Below are positions 9,882 to 19,155 of a stretch of DNA of 64,000 bases, in pieces. Made by a program: the position numbers and the translations under genes. The notes under the pieces are model-generated. The model was given only the letters and a program-made list of their open reading frames with translations, made no database searches and was not told the origin of the DNA. The first letter of the stretch is position 1. Each line of letters starts with the position of its first letter. The stretch is from Methyloceanibacter sp. (GTDB lineage: Bacteria > Pseudomonadota > Alphaproteobacteria > Rhizobiales > Methyloligellaceae). The DNA lies in assembly GCF_035650995.1 (NCBI RefSeq), contig NZ_DASRGO010000031.1:60134-124133 (forward strand), in the 5' to 3' direction.

Positions 9882-10865
9882 ATGCAGTGGAAGCGCTTGG
9901 CCGTCGCCCGTCTCATCCTGCCGCTCCTGGCGTTTGCCTCGCCGGCCTTCGGGGCGGAGGTCCAATATTTCGACGTGCCGAAGGGCGACCACCCGCACGA
10001 TGTCGCGCCGGCGCCCGACGGGACCGTTTGGTACACAGGCCAGCGCTCGGGCGTGCTCGGAAGGCTCGATCCGCGGACCGGCGAGGTCGACCGCATCCCG
10101 CTGGGCGAGGGCTCGGCGCCGCATGGTGTCATTATCGGCCCGGACGGCGCGGCGTGGGTCACCGATAGTGGCCTCAATGCCATCGTCCGAGTCGATCCGG
10201 CCTCGCGCGAAGTGAAGACTTGGCCGCTGCCCAAGGCAGGCGAGAACGCAAACCTGAATACGCTCGCCTTCGACCGCCGCGATCGGGTGTGGTTCACCGG
10301 CCAGTCCGGCATTTATGGCCGGCTCGATCCGAGAAGCGGGGAGATTGAGGTCTGGGACGCGCCGAAAGGCGTGGGGCCCTACGGCATCACCGCCACGCCC
10401 GAAGGCGCGATCTACTATGTGTCGCTCGCGGGCTCCTTCCTCGGCAGGCCGGATCTCGACACCGGCGCGACCACCGTGATCGAGCCCAAGTCGCCAGGCG
10501 TCGGCACAAGGCGCGTTTGGTCCGACAAGAAGGGCCGGCTCTGGGTGAGCGAGTGGAACGCGGGCAATGTCAGCGTTTACGACCCTGCCTCGGCAAGCTG
10601 GGAGGTCTTTAAGCTCCCGGGAGCCGCGCCGCATGCCTACGCGGTCTATGTCGATGGCGACGACAAGGTGTGGGTCAGCGATTTCGCCGCCAACGCCATT
10701 CTGGAGTTAGATCCCGAGACGAAACGCTTCGCAAGCTTCCCGAGCGACAGGGACGGCGCCGCCGTCCGCCAGCTCAATGGGCGCAAAGGCGAAGTGTGGG
10801 GCGCGGAGTCCGGCACCGATCGCCTTGTGGTGATCCGCACCGGCGAACTGAAGGCAAAAGATTAG
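9882..10865 (+). CDS. Secreted Vgb (virginiamycin B lyase)-like beta-propeller protein
   Basis: Signal peptide. About 7 repeats of P-H/Y-x-(V/I)-x-x-x-PDG-x-(V/A)W-x-T. Confidence 0.85.
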   Translation: MQWKRLAVARLILPLLAFASPAFGAEVQYFDVPKGDHPHDVAPAPDGTVWYTGQRSGVLGRLDPRTGEVDRIPLGEGSAPHGVIIGPDGAAWVTDSGLNAIVRVDPASREVKTWPLPKAGENANLNTLAFDRRDRVWFTGQSGIYGRLDPRSGEIEVWDAPKGVGPYGITATPEGAIYYVSLAGSFLGRPDLDTGATTVIEPKSPGVGTRRVWSDKKGRLWVSEWNAGNVSVYDPASASWEVFKLPGAAPHAYAVYVDGDDKVWVSDFAANAILELDPETKRFASFPSDRDGAAVRQLNGRKGEVWGAESGTDRLVVIRTGELKAKD

Positions 10866-10872
10866 GCGGCCC

Positions 10873-11151
10873 TTAGGCGGCGAAGGCCGCGGCCACGGCA
10901 ACGGCCCCGATCAGCGCAGCCACGGTCAGCGGCACGATCCACAGCGCATAGCGGAGATCGTGCTTTCCGCCGGAAGCCTTGGCGGTCTTGGCCAATTGCG
11001 CTGTCTGAAAGAGGATCTCGCGTTCCGTCTCGTCCTTGGGCTGGACGCTCGCCGCCGCGCGAAAGGCCGCACGATGCTTCTCGTGCCATTTCGGGCCTGG
11101 CCCGCGCATATAGTGGCGCTCGGGCCGATAGGGATCGCGGAATCTGCCCAC
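10873..11151 (-). CDS. Small membrane protein with N-terminal RDPYRPERHYMRGPGPKW motif
   Basis: GTG start after GGGAG. I recognise the motif as a recurrent Rhizobiales hypothetical-protein signature. C-terminal TM helix. Confidence 0.65.
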   Translation of the reverse strand: MGRFRDPYRPERHYMRGPGPKWHEKHRAAFRAAASVQPKDETEREILFQTAQLAKTAKASGGKHDLRYALWIVPLTVAALIGAVAVAAAFAA

Positions 11152-11337
11152 TTTACTCCCTCACTGCGACAAACCCCGTAAGCCTCGGAGCGTACGGGGA
11201 AATATGTTGCAAATCGGTAAGGAAGCGTGGCGGAAACGAGACCATTTCTTGAGGCCCCGAAGAAGGTTGCGGCTTTCGGCAAGAAGATGGGCGCTCGATG
11301 CTTGAAGTTAAAGGTCATCTCTGCAACAACGCGCGCC

Positions 11338-13383
11338 ATGCAAAGCCAATGGGACGACGACGCGGCCGGACAAATGGTCGCAAGCTACGGCGCGAAAGGG
11401 ATCGGCCCCGATATCGCGCTCAGGGTCTACACCACGCGCCTCTTGGGGCGCGATCCGCTGCTCGTGCTGCACGGCGGCGGAAACACCTCGGTCAAGACGC
11501 GCGCCCGCGACGACCTCGGTCAGGAGCATGAGGTGATTGCGGTCAAGGGCTCGGGCGCCGACATGGCCGACATCGAGCCATGGGGATTGCCGGCGGTGAA
11601 GCTCGCCCCGTTGCGCGAGCTGCGCACGCTCGATGCGCTCTCCGACGAGGCCATGGTCAATTTTCAGCGGCTCAATCTGCTCGATTCGACCGCGCCCAAC
11701 CCTTCGGTCGAGACGTTGCTCCATGCGTTCCTGCCCCACAAATTCGTGGACCATACGCACGCCGCCTCGGTCCTCTCGCTCGTCGATCAGCCGGACGGGG
11801 AGGCGCTTGCGCGCGAGGTCTATGACGGGCGCATGGGCATTGTGCCCTACATCGCGCCGGGCTTCGGCCTTGCCAAGGCGGCGGCCGAGGTGTTCGAGCA
11901 GAAGCCCGACGTCGAGGGCCTGATCCTGCACAAGCACGGCATCTTCACCTTCGGGGAGACCGCGCGCGAGGCCTATGAGCGCATGATCGAGATGGTGTCG
12001 CTCGCCGAGAGCCGGCTTCGCCAGGGCCGGCCGGTGGTGTTCCAGTCCCGCCAGATCCCGAGTGCGATCGCCTCTGCGGCCGAGATCGCGCCCCTCATCC
12101 GCGGCGCCTGCGCGATCAAAAAGGAGGGCGAGGAGCCAATTCGCTTCGTCACCGATTTTCGCACTGCGCCGGAGATCCTCGCTTATGTGAACGGGGCGGA
12201 GCTTGCCTCCTACAGCCAGCGCGGCGTGGTGACACCGGACCATATCATCCGCACCAAGAACAAGCCGCTCGTCGTGCCGCCGCCTGAGGCCGGCAAGCTC
12301 GAGGACTTTGCCCGCGCGCTGCGTGAGGCAGTGGCCAAGTTCATCGCCGACTACGATTGGTATTTCGCTCGCGAGAACGCGGCCGTCGGCAACACCAAGA
12401 CCAAGCTCGACAGCGCGCCGCGCGTGGTGCTCGTCCCGGGCGTCGGCCTGTTCGGGCTCGGTCGCACGGCAAAGGACGCATCGATCGCCGCCGATCTTGC
12501 CGAGAACACGGTCAAGGTGGTGACCGAGGCCGAGGCCATCGGCCGCTATGAGCCGCTGCCCGAGAGCGATCTGTTTGCGCTCGAATATTGGAGCCTCGAG
12601 CAGGCGAAGCTCAAAGGCGCCGTGGTCAAGCCGCTCACCGGCCAAGTGGCGCTCATCACGGGCGCCGGAGCGATCGGCGCCGCCACCGCCAAGGCGCTTG
12701 CCGCGCAAGGCGCCGCCGTCGCCATCCTCGACATCGACGGGGAGGCGGCGACGAAGGCGGCCGCCGCCGTCAAAGGTCTCGGCATCGAAGCCGACGTGAC
12801 CAAGCCCGAGCAGGTCAGGGCGGCCTTTGCCCTTGTCTGCGAGCGCTTCGGCGGGGTCGACATCCTCGTGTCAAATGCCGGAGCTGCCTGGCAGGGGCGG
12901 ATCGGCGAGGTCACTGACGATCTTCTGCGCAAGAGCTTCGAGCTCAACTTCTTCGCCCATCAGACCGTGGCCAAGGAGGCGGTGCGTATCATGCTGAAGC
13001 AGGGCACCGGCGGGGTGCTTCTGTTCAACATCTCGAAGCAGGCGGTGAACCCCGGCGCCAATTTCGGTCCCTACGGGCTGCCGAAGGCCGCCACCATGCT
13101 GTTGATGCGCCAATACGCGCTCGACTACGGCCAAGACGGCATCCGCTCGAACGGCGTCAATGCCGACCGGGTGCGCAGCGGGCTCCTGACCGACGCGATG
13201 ATCGCCGCACGGGCCAAGGCGCGCGGCGTATCGGAGGCCGAGTATATGGCCGGAAACCTGCTCAACCGCGAGGTGCTTGCCGAGGACGTGGCGCAAGCCT
13301 TCGTCCAGCTCGCGGTCGCGCGCAAGACCACCGGCCATATCGAGACGGTCGATGGCGGCAACATCGCCGCCGCGCTGCGATAG
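11338..13383 (+). CDS. Bifunctional class II aldolase / short-chain dehydrogenase (RhaEW/YuxG-like architecture)
   Basis: Aldolase half: LHGGGNTSVK, PSVETLLH, DHTH, HKHG. SDR half: ITGAGAIG, NAG, YGLPK. Confidence 0.9.
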   Translation: MQSQWDDDAAGQMVASYGAKGIGPDIALRVYTTRLLGRDPLLVLHGGGNTSVKTRARDDLGQEHEVIAVKGSGADMADIEPWGLPAVKLAPLRELRTLDALSDEAMVNFQRLNLLDSTAPNPSVETLLHAFLPHKFVDHTHAASVLSLVDQPDGEALAREVYDGRMGIVPYIAPGFGLAKAAAEVFEQKPDVEGLILHKHGIFTFGETAREAYERMIEMVSLAESRLRQGRPVVFQSRQIPSAIASAAEIAPLIRGACAIKKEGEEPIRFVTDFRTAPEILAYVNGAELASYSQRGVVTPDHIIRTKNKPLVVPPPEAGKLEDFARALREAVAKFIADYDWYFARENAAVGNTKTKLDSAPRVVLVPGVGLFGLGRTAKDASIAADLAENTVKVVTEAEAIGRYEPLPESDLFALEYWSLEQAKLKGAVVKPLTGQVALITGAGAIGAATAKALAAQGAAVAILDIDGEAATKAAAAVKGLGIEADVTKPEQVRAAFALVCERFGGVDILVSNAGAAWQGRIGEVTDDLLRKSFELNFFAHQTVAKEAVRIMLKQGTGGVLLFNISKQAVNPGANFGPYGLPKAATMLLMRQYALDYGQDGIRSNGVNADRVRSGLLTDAMIAARAKARGVSEAEYMAGNLLNREVLAEDVAQAFVQLAVARKTTGHIETVDGGNIAAALR

Positions 13384-13450
13384 GATGCCCGGTCTTGGGC
13401 CGGGCATTAGGCGCAAGGGGAGCGCGAATTTTCCCAAATTGCGGGCGCTC

Positions 13451-13466
13451 CTAAGAGAGTTTTAAC
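13451..13466 (+). promoter_or_regulatory. CtrA-like box upstream of the chemoreceptor
   Basis: CTAA-GAGAGTT-TTAAC, one mismatch to TTAA-N7-TTAAC. Confidence 0.45.
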
Positions 13467-13578
13467 CACAACCAGAGAGTCTTGGCGGCACGACTTCGCG
13501 CGCAAGATTCGCTCGTTGCTGGGGCGCGTCGGGCGGCGAGGGGCACTTCGCGCGTCCTCACGATTCGAGAGAAATCCC

Positions 13579-14820
13579 ATGGCTCTGCGCTTGAAAATCG
13601 CGCTCGCTTTCACGGCAACCGCGGTTATGGCGGTGGTGGTGTCGTTTGCGCTTGCGCTCACCATCCAGGGCACGGCACTTGCCGCCTTGATTGCGCTCGT
13701 CATCGCAGGAGGCCTCGGCTGGGGCTTCGGCTACATGTTCGGCGCCCCGATCGCCGAAGCACTCAGCGACCTCAACGGCGTGATCCTGCGCTTCATCAAA
13801 TGGGACATGGACGGCACGGTGCCGCACGTCGACCGGCCCGACGAGGTGGGCCTTGTCGCCAAGGCGCTCAAGGCATTCCAGGCCGATGCCATCAGATGGA
13901 GCGAGAGCCACAAGAGCGAGCAGGACAGCCAAATTCAGGGCCGGCTCGCCTCGCAGCAGCGCACCGAGGAGCTGATCCACCAGTTCCGCGGCTCGATCGC
14001 CGGCATCCTCGGCGCCTTCGCCGACAGCGCGCGGCAGATGGACGAGACGGCGCGCGCTCTCTCGACGCTTGCGAGCGACACCAACGAGCGGGTCGGGGTG
14101 GTGGCGTCGGCCTCCGACGAGGCTTCCGCCAACGTGCAGACCGTGGCCGCCACGGCCGAGGAGCTTGCCGTCTCGGTGGGCGAGATCGGCACGCGGGTCG
14201 CGACCGCGAGCCGCATCGTGAGCCAGGTGACCGAGAACGCGCGCACCGCCAATCTCAAGGTCGAAGGCCTCGCCACCGCCGCGCAGAGGATCGGCGACGT
14301 GGTGAGCCTGATCCAGGACGTCGCCGCCCAGACCAATCTGCTCGCGCTCAACGCCACCATCGAGGCGGCGCGGGCGGGCGAGGCGGGCAGGGGCTTCGCC
14401 GTGGTGGCGAGCGAGGTGAAGACGCTCGCCGATCAGACCGCCAAGGCGACCGACGACATCAAGCAGCAGATCGCCGCCATTCAGACCTCGACCAACAGCG
14501 CGGTCGACGCCATGCAGTCGATCGTCACCACCATGGGCGAGGTCAACCGCAACACCCAGGAGATCGCAGGCGCCGTGCAGCAGCAATCGGCGGCGACCTC
14601 CGAGATCTCGCACAGCGTCCGCCAGGCCGCGCGCGGCACCGAGGACGTGGTCGCGCATATGCCGGGCGTCACCAAGGCCGTCGACGAGACGAGCCAGTCG
14701 GCGACGCAGATGCTGCAAGTCTCCCGCGACCTGTCGCGCCAGGCCGAGCAGCTCCGCCACACGGTCGAGAATTTCCTGCGTCAGGTGGCCGCCGCCGATC
14801 AATTGAAGCGCGTCAGCTGA
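13579..14820 (+). CDS. Methyl-accepting chemotaxis protein (2 TM + HAMP + MA domain)
   Basis: [31 protein letters not shown] signature, HAMP ([12 protein letters not shown]), two adjacent TM helices. Confidence 0.93.
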   Translation: MALRLKIALAFTATAVMAVVVSFALALTIQGTALAALIALVIAGGLGWGFGYMFGAPIAEALSDLNGVILRFIKWDMDGTVPHVDRPDEVGLVAKALKAFQADAIRWSESHKSEQDSQIQGRLASQQRTEELIHQFRGSIAGILGAFADSARQMDETARALSTLASDTNERVGVVASASDEASANVQTVAATAEELAVSVGEIGTRVATASRIVSQVTENARTANLKVEGLATAAQRIGDVVSLIQDVAAQTNLLALNATIEAARAGEAGRGFAVVASEVKTLADQTAKATDDIKQQIAAIQTSTNSAVDAMQSIVTTMGEVNRNTQEIAGAVQQQSAATSEISHSVRQAARGTEDVVAHMPGVTKAVDETSQSATQMLQVSRDLSRQAEQLRHTVENFLRQVAAADQLKRVS

Positions 14821-14905
14821 TCCCGCCAGGGGGCCTTAAGGTTGACGGAAGCGCGGCTTGCGGGCGAAGCTTCCCTGAATTCGGCGGTCGTGGGGAGAAC
14901 ACGCT

Positions 14906-15622
14906 TTGGCCCGTATCTTGCGCACGTTTCTTGCGGGCGTGCTCGCGCTTCTGCCGATCGCCGTAACGGTGTTCGTCACTGCCTGGGTCGGCGCGCTGGT
15001 CGCAAGCTATGCCGGCCCCGGCAGCTTCATCGGCCGGATGATCACCGCGCTCGGCAGCGCGATCGGGCTCAACATCGAGCCGTCGTCGACCGCAGCATAC
15101 CTGCTCGGGCTTGCCATCATCCTCGGCGCGATCTTCGTGCTCGGACTTCTCGTCGAGTCGGGCTTGCGCTCGTTGATCTCCGGCAGCTTCGACTGGCTGA
15201 TGGCGCGCATCCCGCTCGTCTCCAACATCTACGACCTGTCGAAGCGGTTCGTCGCCATCGTCGATCGCGGCGATCAGGGCGACCTCAAGAGCATGAGCCC
15301 GGTGTGGTGCTTCTTCGGCGGCGAAGGAAGCGCGGCGGTGCTCGCGCTGATGCCCTCGCATCAGCCCGTCGCGATCGGCGATCGCTCCTATCTCGGCGTG
15401 CTCGTGCCGTCGGCGCCGGTGCCCTTCGGCGGCGCTCTGATCTATGTTCCCGCCGAATGGGTCAAGCCGGCCGAAGGCGGCGTCGAGCGGCTGATGAACG
15501 TCTATGTGTCGATGGGCGTGACCTCGCCCGCGGCGCTGCCCGCCTCTGAAGGGACGGCGGAGAAGCCCGCCAGGGCGAAGAGAACCCGGCGCAAAGAGCC
15601 TCACGCGCCGCCTGCCGATTAG
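14906..15622 (+). CDS. DUF502 family membrane protein
   Basis: FLAGVLALLPIAVT, RIPLVSNIY, VPSAPVPFGG, VSMGV. TTG start after GGGGAG. Confidence 0.8.
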   Translation: MARILRTFLAGVLALLPIAVTVFVTAWVGALVASYAGPGSFIGRMITALGSAIGLNIEPSSTAAYLLGLAIILGAIFVLGLLVESGLRSLISGSFDWLMARIPLVSNIYDLSKRFVAIVDRGDQGDLKSMSPVWCFFGGEGSAAVLALMPSHQPVAIGDRSYLGVLVPSAPVPFGGALIYVPAEWVKPAEGGVERLMNVYVSMGVTSPAALPASEGTAEKPARAKRTRRKEPHAPPAD

Positions 15623-15740
15623 GCATTTTGCCCCAGGGATACTTGGCCTCAGCGATGGTTCGTCTCAGGGGCTCGCGAGAATTTTTGCACTATCGAATCT
15701 CTTGCTACCAGCACGGTAGTCTCACGGAGGAGATGCGATC

Positions 15741-15893
15741 ATGAAGAAAATCATTCTGACCCTGATGGCTTTGGGCCTGGCAGTGAGCGTTGTTCCCGCT
15801 GCCTCCTATGCGGCCGCGCCGAAGACCAAGGCGGCCTGCGAGAAGGCGAAGATGAAGTGGGACGATGCGACGAAGACCTGCTCGAAGCCGTAA
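15741..15893 (+). CDS. Small secreted 2-Cys peptide (50 aa), not in the ORF track
   Basis: GGAGGAG RBS. MKKIILTLMALGLAVSVVPAASYA|AAPKTKAACEKAKMKWDDATKTCSKP. Confidence 0.8.
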   Translation: MKKIILTLMALGLAVSVVPAASYAAAPKTKAACEKAKMKWDDATKTCSKP

Positions 15894-15915
15894 ATCCCTC
15901 TCTCGATGTGACGAA

Positions 15916-15950
15916 GGCGGCGGGCGACAGAGCCCGCCGCCGATTTCTTT
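15916..15950 (+). terminator. Intrinsic terminator candidate
   Basis: GGCGGCGGGC-GACAGA-GCCCGCCGCC followed by GATTTCTTT. Confidence 0.55.
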
Positions 15951-16073
15951 GGGCGTCACGTCCTAAAGACGCCAAACTCCCGCGCGGGGGAGCGAATACG
16001 CCCAGGCGCCGCGTGAAAAGTGCCGGCCAGCCGAGCCCAAGCCTCTCGGCACGACATTTATTGGGCAGCGACG

Positions 16074-16099
16074 GGAACGGGTCGAGACAGGGCCGCGTT
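16074..16099 (+). promoter_or_regulatory. Sigma-EcfG (general stress response) type promoter
   Basis: GGAAC-N17-CGTT, 44 nt upstream of ATG 16143. Confidence 0.55.
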
Positions 16100-16142
16100 C
16101 TCCCGACGCCAATCGTCTGTCGATTGGCCAAGGAGGAACGCC

Positions 16143-16355
16143 ATGAAAAAGTACCTCGTAGCAGCCGGCCTGATCGTAGCGTTCGCCACCCCCGCGCTCG
16201 CCGCGGACTATTACGTTGCCCTAAGGGTTGGCGGCGGCGGATGTGAGGTTATGACCACCGAACCCACGGATGCGAAAAAGTACAAGATGATGGGCAAGTT
16301 CACTTCGGAGGCTGAGGCCAAGGCAGCCATGGCCAAGATGACGGAGTGCAAGTAG
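16143..16355 (+). CDS. Small secreted 2-Cys protein (70 aa)
   Basis: GGAGGA RBS, signal peptide ending ...PALA|ADYYV, Cys pair (GGC...TECK). Confidence 0.85.
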   Translation: MKKYLVAAGLIVAFATPALAADYYVALRVGGGGCEVMTTEPTDAKKYKMMGKFTSEAEAKAAMAKMTECK

Positions 16356-16378
16356 CCTATCGTTCGATCCGTTCGCGG

Positions 16379-16404
16379 AAGGGGCCGCTAAGCCGGCCCC
16401 TTTT
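16379..16404. terminator. Bidirectional intrinsic terminator
   Basis: AAGGGGCCG-CTAAGC-CGGCCCCTTTT between convergent genes. Confidence 0.7.
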
Positions 16405-16413
16405 CGCCCAGGC

Positions 16414-17511
16414 TCAGTTCGCGAAGCGGAAATGGAGGACGTCGCCGTCCTTCACTACGTAATCCTTGCCTTCCAATCTGAGCTTGCCGGCGTCGCGCGC
16501 ACCGGCCTCGCCGGAGAGGGCGACGTAATCGTCATAAGCGATGGTCTCGGCGCGGATGAAGCCCTTCTCGAAATCGGTGTGGATGACGCCCGCGGCCTGC
16601 GGGGCGCGGGTGCCTTGGGTTACCGTCCAGGCGCGCGCCTCCTTGGGGCCGGCGGTGAAATAGGTGATGAGGCCAAGGAGCTTGTAGCCTTCCCGGATGA
16701 GGCGGTTGAGCCCAGGTTCTTTAAGCCCGAGCTCGGCGAGATAGGTCTTGCGCTCTTCGGGGGGAAGCTCGGCGAGTTCGGCCTCGATCTTGGCCGAGAT
16801 GACGATGCAGCCGGCGCCTTCGGCCTGGGCGAGAGCCTCGACCCGCGCCGAGTGAAGGTTGCCGGCCGCGGCGGAGGCTTCGTCGACGTTGCACACATAG
16901 AGCACGGGTTTCGAGGTGAGGAGACCGAGGCTTTTGAAGGCGGCCTGCTCGTCCTCGCTCACCGCGGCAAGCCGAGCAGGCTTTCCGTCGCGCAACAGGA
17001 CGAGCGCCCGCTCGAGCAGGGCGAGCGTCTGCTTCGCCTCTTTGTCTTGACCTCTGATCTTCTTCTCGAGGATCGGCACGCGCCGCTCGAGGCTCTCGAG
17101 GTCGGCCAGCATCAGCTCGGTCTCGATGGTCTCGGCGTCGGCGATCGGATCGACGCGGCCCTCGACATGCACCACATCGCTGTCCTCGAAGCAGCGCAAC
17201 ACATAGGCGATGGCATCCACCTCACGGATGTGGGCGAGGAACTGGTTGCCGAGCCCTTCGCCCTTGGAAGCCCCGCGCACGAGCCCGGCGATGTCGACAA
17301 AGGTGAGGCGGGTCGGCACGATCTGCGCCGACTTGGCGATGGCCGCGAGCGCTTCGAGTCTCGGGTCGGGGACGGGCACGTCGCCGACGTTCGGCTCGAT
17401 GGTGCAGAACGGGTAGTTGGCGGCTTGCGCCGCCGCGCTCTGCGTCAGCGCGTTGAACAGGGTGGACTTGCCGACATTTGGCAGGCCGACGATCCCGCAT
17501 TTGAATCCCAT
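16414..17511 (-). CDS. ychF: Redox-regulated ATPase YchF
   Basis: GIVGLPNVGKSTLFNALT, ANYPFCTIEPN, DIAGLVRGASKGEGLGNQFL, C-terminal TGS domain. Confidence 0.98.
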   Translation of the reverse strand: MGFKCGIVGLPNVGKSTLFNALTQSAAAQAANYPFCTIEPNVGDVPVPDPRLEALAAIAKSAQIVPTRLTFVDIAGLVRGASKGEGLGNQFLAHIREVDAIAYVLRCFEDSDVVHVEGRVDPIADAETIETELMLADLESLERRVPILEKKIRGQDKEAKQTLALLERALVLLRDGKPARLAAVSEDEQAAFKSLGLLTSKPVLYVCNVDEASAAAGNLHSARVEALAQAEGAGCIVISAKIEAELAELPPEERKTYLAELGLKEPGLNRLIREGYKLLGLITYFTAGPKEARAWTVTQGTRAPQAAGVIHTDFEKGFIRAETIAYDDYVALSGEAGARDAGKLRLEGKDYVVKDGDVLHFRFAN

Positions 17512-17538
17512 GGTCTCAATCCATCATTCCGTGACTAA

Positions 17539-17652
17539 CCTTCGCCCTGCGGGGAGAGGTCGGCGCACATAGTGCGCCGGGTGAGGGGGATTCAAGGGCG
17601 ACCGAGACCGGTCTCCCCTCACCCCGACCCCCTTCCCCACAGGGGAGAGGGG
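17539..17652. repeat. CCCTCTCCC...GGGAGAGGG-type palindromic intergenic element
   Basis: GGGGAGAGG...CGGCGCAC-ATA-GTGCGCCG-GGTGAGGGG...CCCCTCACCCCGACCCCCTTCCCCACAGGGGAGAGG, with nested inverted repeats. Confidence 0.7.
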
Positions 17653-17676
17653 GAGAGCGACGCCCGTTCCCGACTG

Positions 17677-18396
17677 TCAAGAGCCGAGCCAGCGGCGGAG
17701 CTTGCTCGCGAGCGTCCCCTGCGGCGCCTCGCTCTTAGCCTCGGCTTCGCTCTCTTTAGCGCGCGGCTCGGCTTTCTTACGCGGCTCAGCCTTCTTGCGC
17801 GGCGCGGGTTTCTCGGCCTCATCGGGCTCCGATTGCATGGCATGCGCCACACGCGACTGAAACTTGTCGTTGGCCCCTTCGGCGAGATAGGGCGCGTTCT
17901 CGGCGATGGCGCCGAGCAGGGGCTCGAGCCATTCATGCTCCGGTTTGGCGAAGTCACGCAGCACGTAGCCGGTCACGAGATCCTTCGATCCGGGATGGCC
18001 GATGCCGATGCGCACGCGCACATAGTCGTTGCCGAGATGGGCGGTGAGCGATTTCAGCCCGTTATGCCCGGCGACGCCTCCGCCGGTCTTGACCCTCACT
18101 TTGCCGGGCGCGAGATCGAGCTCGTCATGGAACACGACCACGTCGCCGAGATCGAGCTTATAGAAGCGCACCGCCTCGCCGACGGCGCGCCCCGACTCGT
18201 TCATGAAGGTCTGCGGCTTGAGCAGGAGAACCTGCTCCTTTCCGGGCCTGCCTTCGGCGACGAGGGCCGAGAAGCGTTTGCGCCAGGCGGGAAAGTCATG
18301 CGTGGCGGCGATGGCATCGATCGCCATGAAGCCCACGTTGTGACGGTTGAAGGCGTATTGCCCCCCGGGATTGCCGAGGCCGACGAAGAGCTTCAT
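17677..18396 (-). CDS. pth: Peptidyl-tRNA hydrolase
   Basis: VGLGNPG, RHNVGF, KPQTFMNESG, HDELDL, GHNGLKS, RIGIGHP. Confidence 0.97.
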   Translation of the reverse strand: MKLFVGLGNPGGQYAFNRHNVGFMAIDAIAATHDFPAWRKRFSALVAEGRPGKEQVLLLKPQTFMNESGRAVGEAVRFYKLDLGDVVVFHDELDLAPGKVRVKTGGGVAGHNGLKSLTAHLGNDYVRVRIGIGHPGSKDLVTGYVLRDFAKPEHEWLEPLLGAIAENAPYLAEGANDKFQSRVAHAMQSEPDEAEKPAPRKKAEPRKKAEPRAKESEAEAKSEAPQGTLASKLRRWLGS

Positions 18397-18462
18397 CGCA
18401 AGTTATCCTGAGCCAAGGCACGGGGGCGAAGGCTAGCAACCGCCCGAGCGGGAGAAAAGAAG

Positions 18463-19155
18463 CTACTTCTTCTTCTCTTCCTTGGGCTTCTCCTTCTCGG
18501 CGGCGGCACCCTCGGCGGGGGCAGCGGCAGCGCCCTCGGCGGGAACGGCGGCGGCCTCGGCGGCGGCGGCTCCGGGCACCGGCTCTTCAGCCGACCGGCC
18601 GACGATGGTTGCCACGGTGAAGTCGCGCTCGGTGATGGTTGGGCGCACGCCCTCCGGCAGGGCGATGGCCGAGATATGCACCGAGTCGCCGATCTCGAGC
18701 CCGGTCAGATCGACGTCGAAATGGTCGGGGATGGCATCGGCCGGGCAGCGCACGGGGATCTCGTGGCGCACGACGTTGAGCACGCCGCCGCGCTTCAGGC
18801 CAGGCGAAGCCGCTTCGTTCAGAAAGCGCACCGGCACGTCGACGTTGACGAGGGCATCCTTGCCGACGCGCATGAAATCGACATGGATGGGGAAGTCGCG
18901 GATGGGATCGAGCTGCACGCCGCGCGGGATCACGCGCGTCTTTTTGCCCTCGACGTCGAGAGTGAAGATGGTGCTCTGGAAGTGGCCCGTATGGAGCTGT
19001 TGGGAGATGGCGCGATAGTCGACGGCGATGTTCTCGGGCTCCTTTTTGTCGCCATAAAGGGTGCCGGGGATGCGGCCCTCGCGGCGCGTGGCTCTCGCCC
19101 CGCCTTTGCCGGAGCGCGCACGCCCCCATGCCTTGAGTTCGATCGTTTCAGCCAT
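18463..19155 (-). CDS. rplY: 50S ribosomal protein L25/general stress protein Ctc
   Basis: GKGGARATRREGRIPGTLYG, HVDFMRV, GLKRGGVLN, IGDSVHI. Confidence 0.96.
   Translation of the reverse strand: MAETIELKAWGRARSGKGGARATRREGRIPGTLYGDKKEPENIAVDYRAISQQLHTGHFQSTIFTLDVEGKKTRVIPRGVQLDPIRDFPIHVDFMRVGKDALVNVDVPVRFLNEAASPGLKRGGVLNVVRHEIPVRCPADAIPDHFDVDLTGLEIGDSVHISAIALPEGVRPTITERDFTVATIVGRSAEEPVPGAAAAEAAAVPAEGAAAAPAEGAAAEKEKPKEEKKK

Noticed and set aside
9882-10865. Streptogramin resistance gene (vgb)
   Set aside because: Only fold-level similarity. The signal peptide and context argue against calling resistance.
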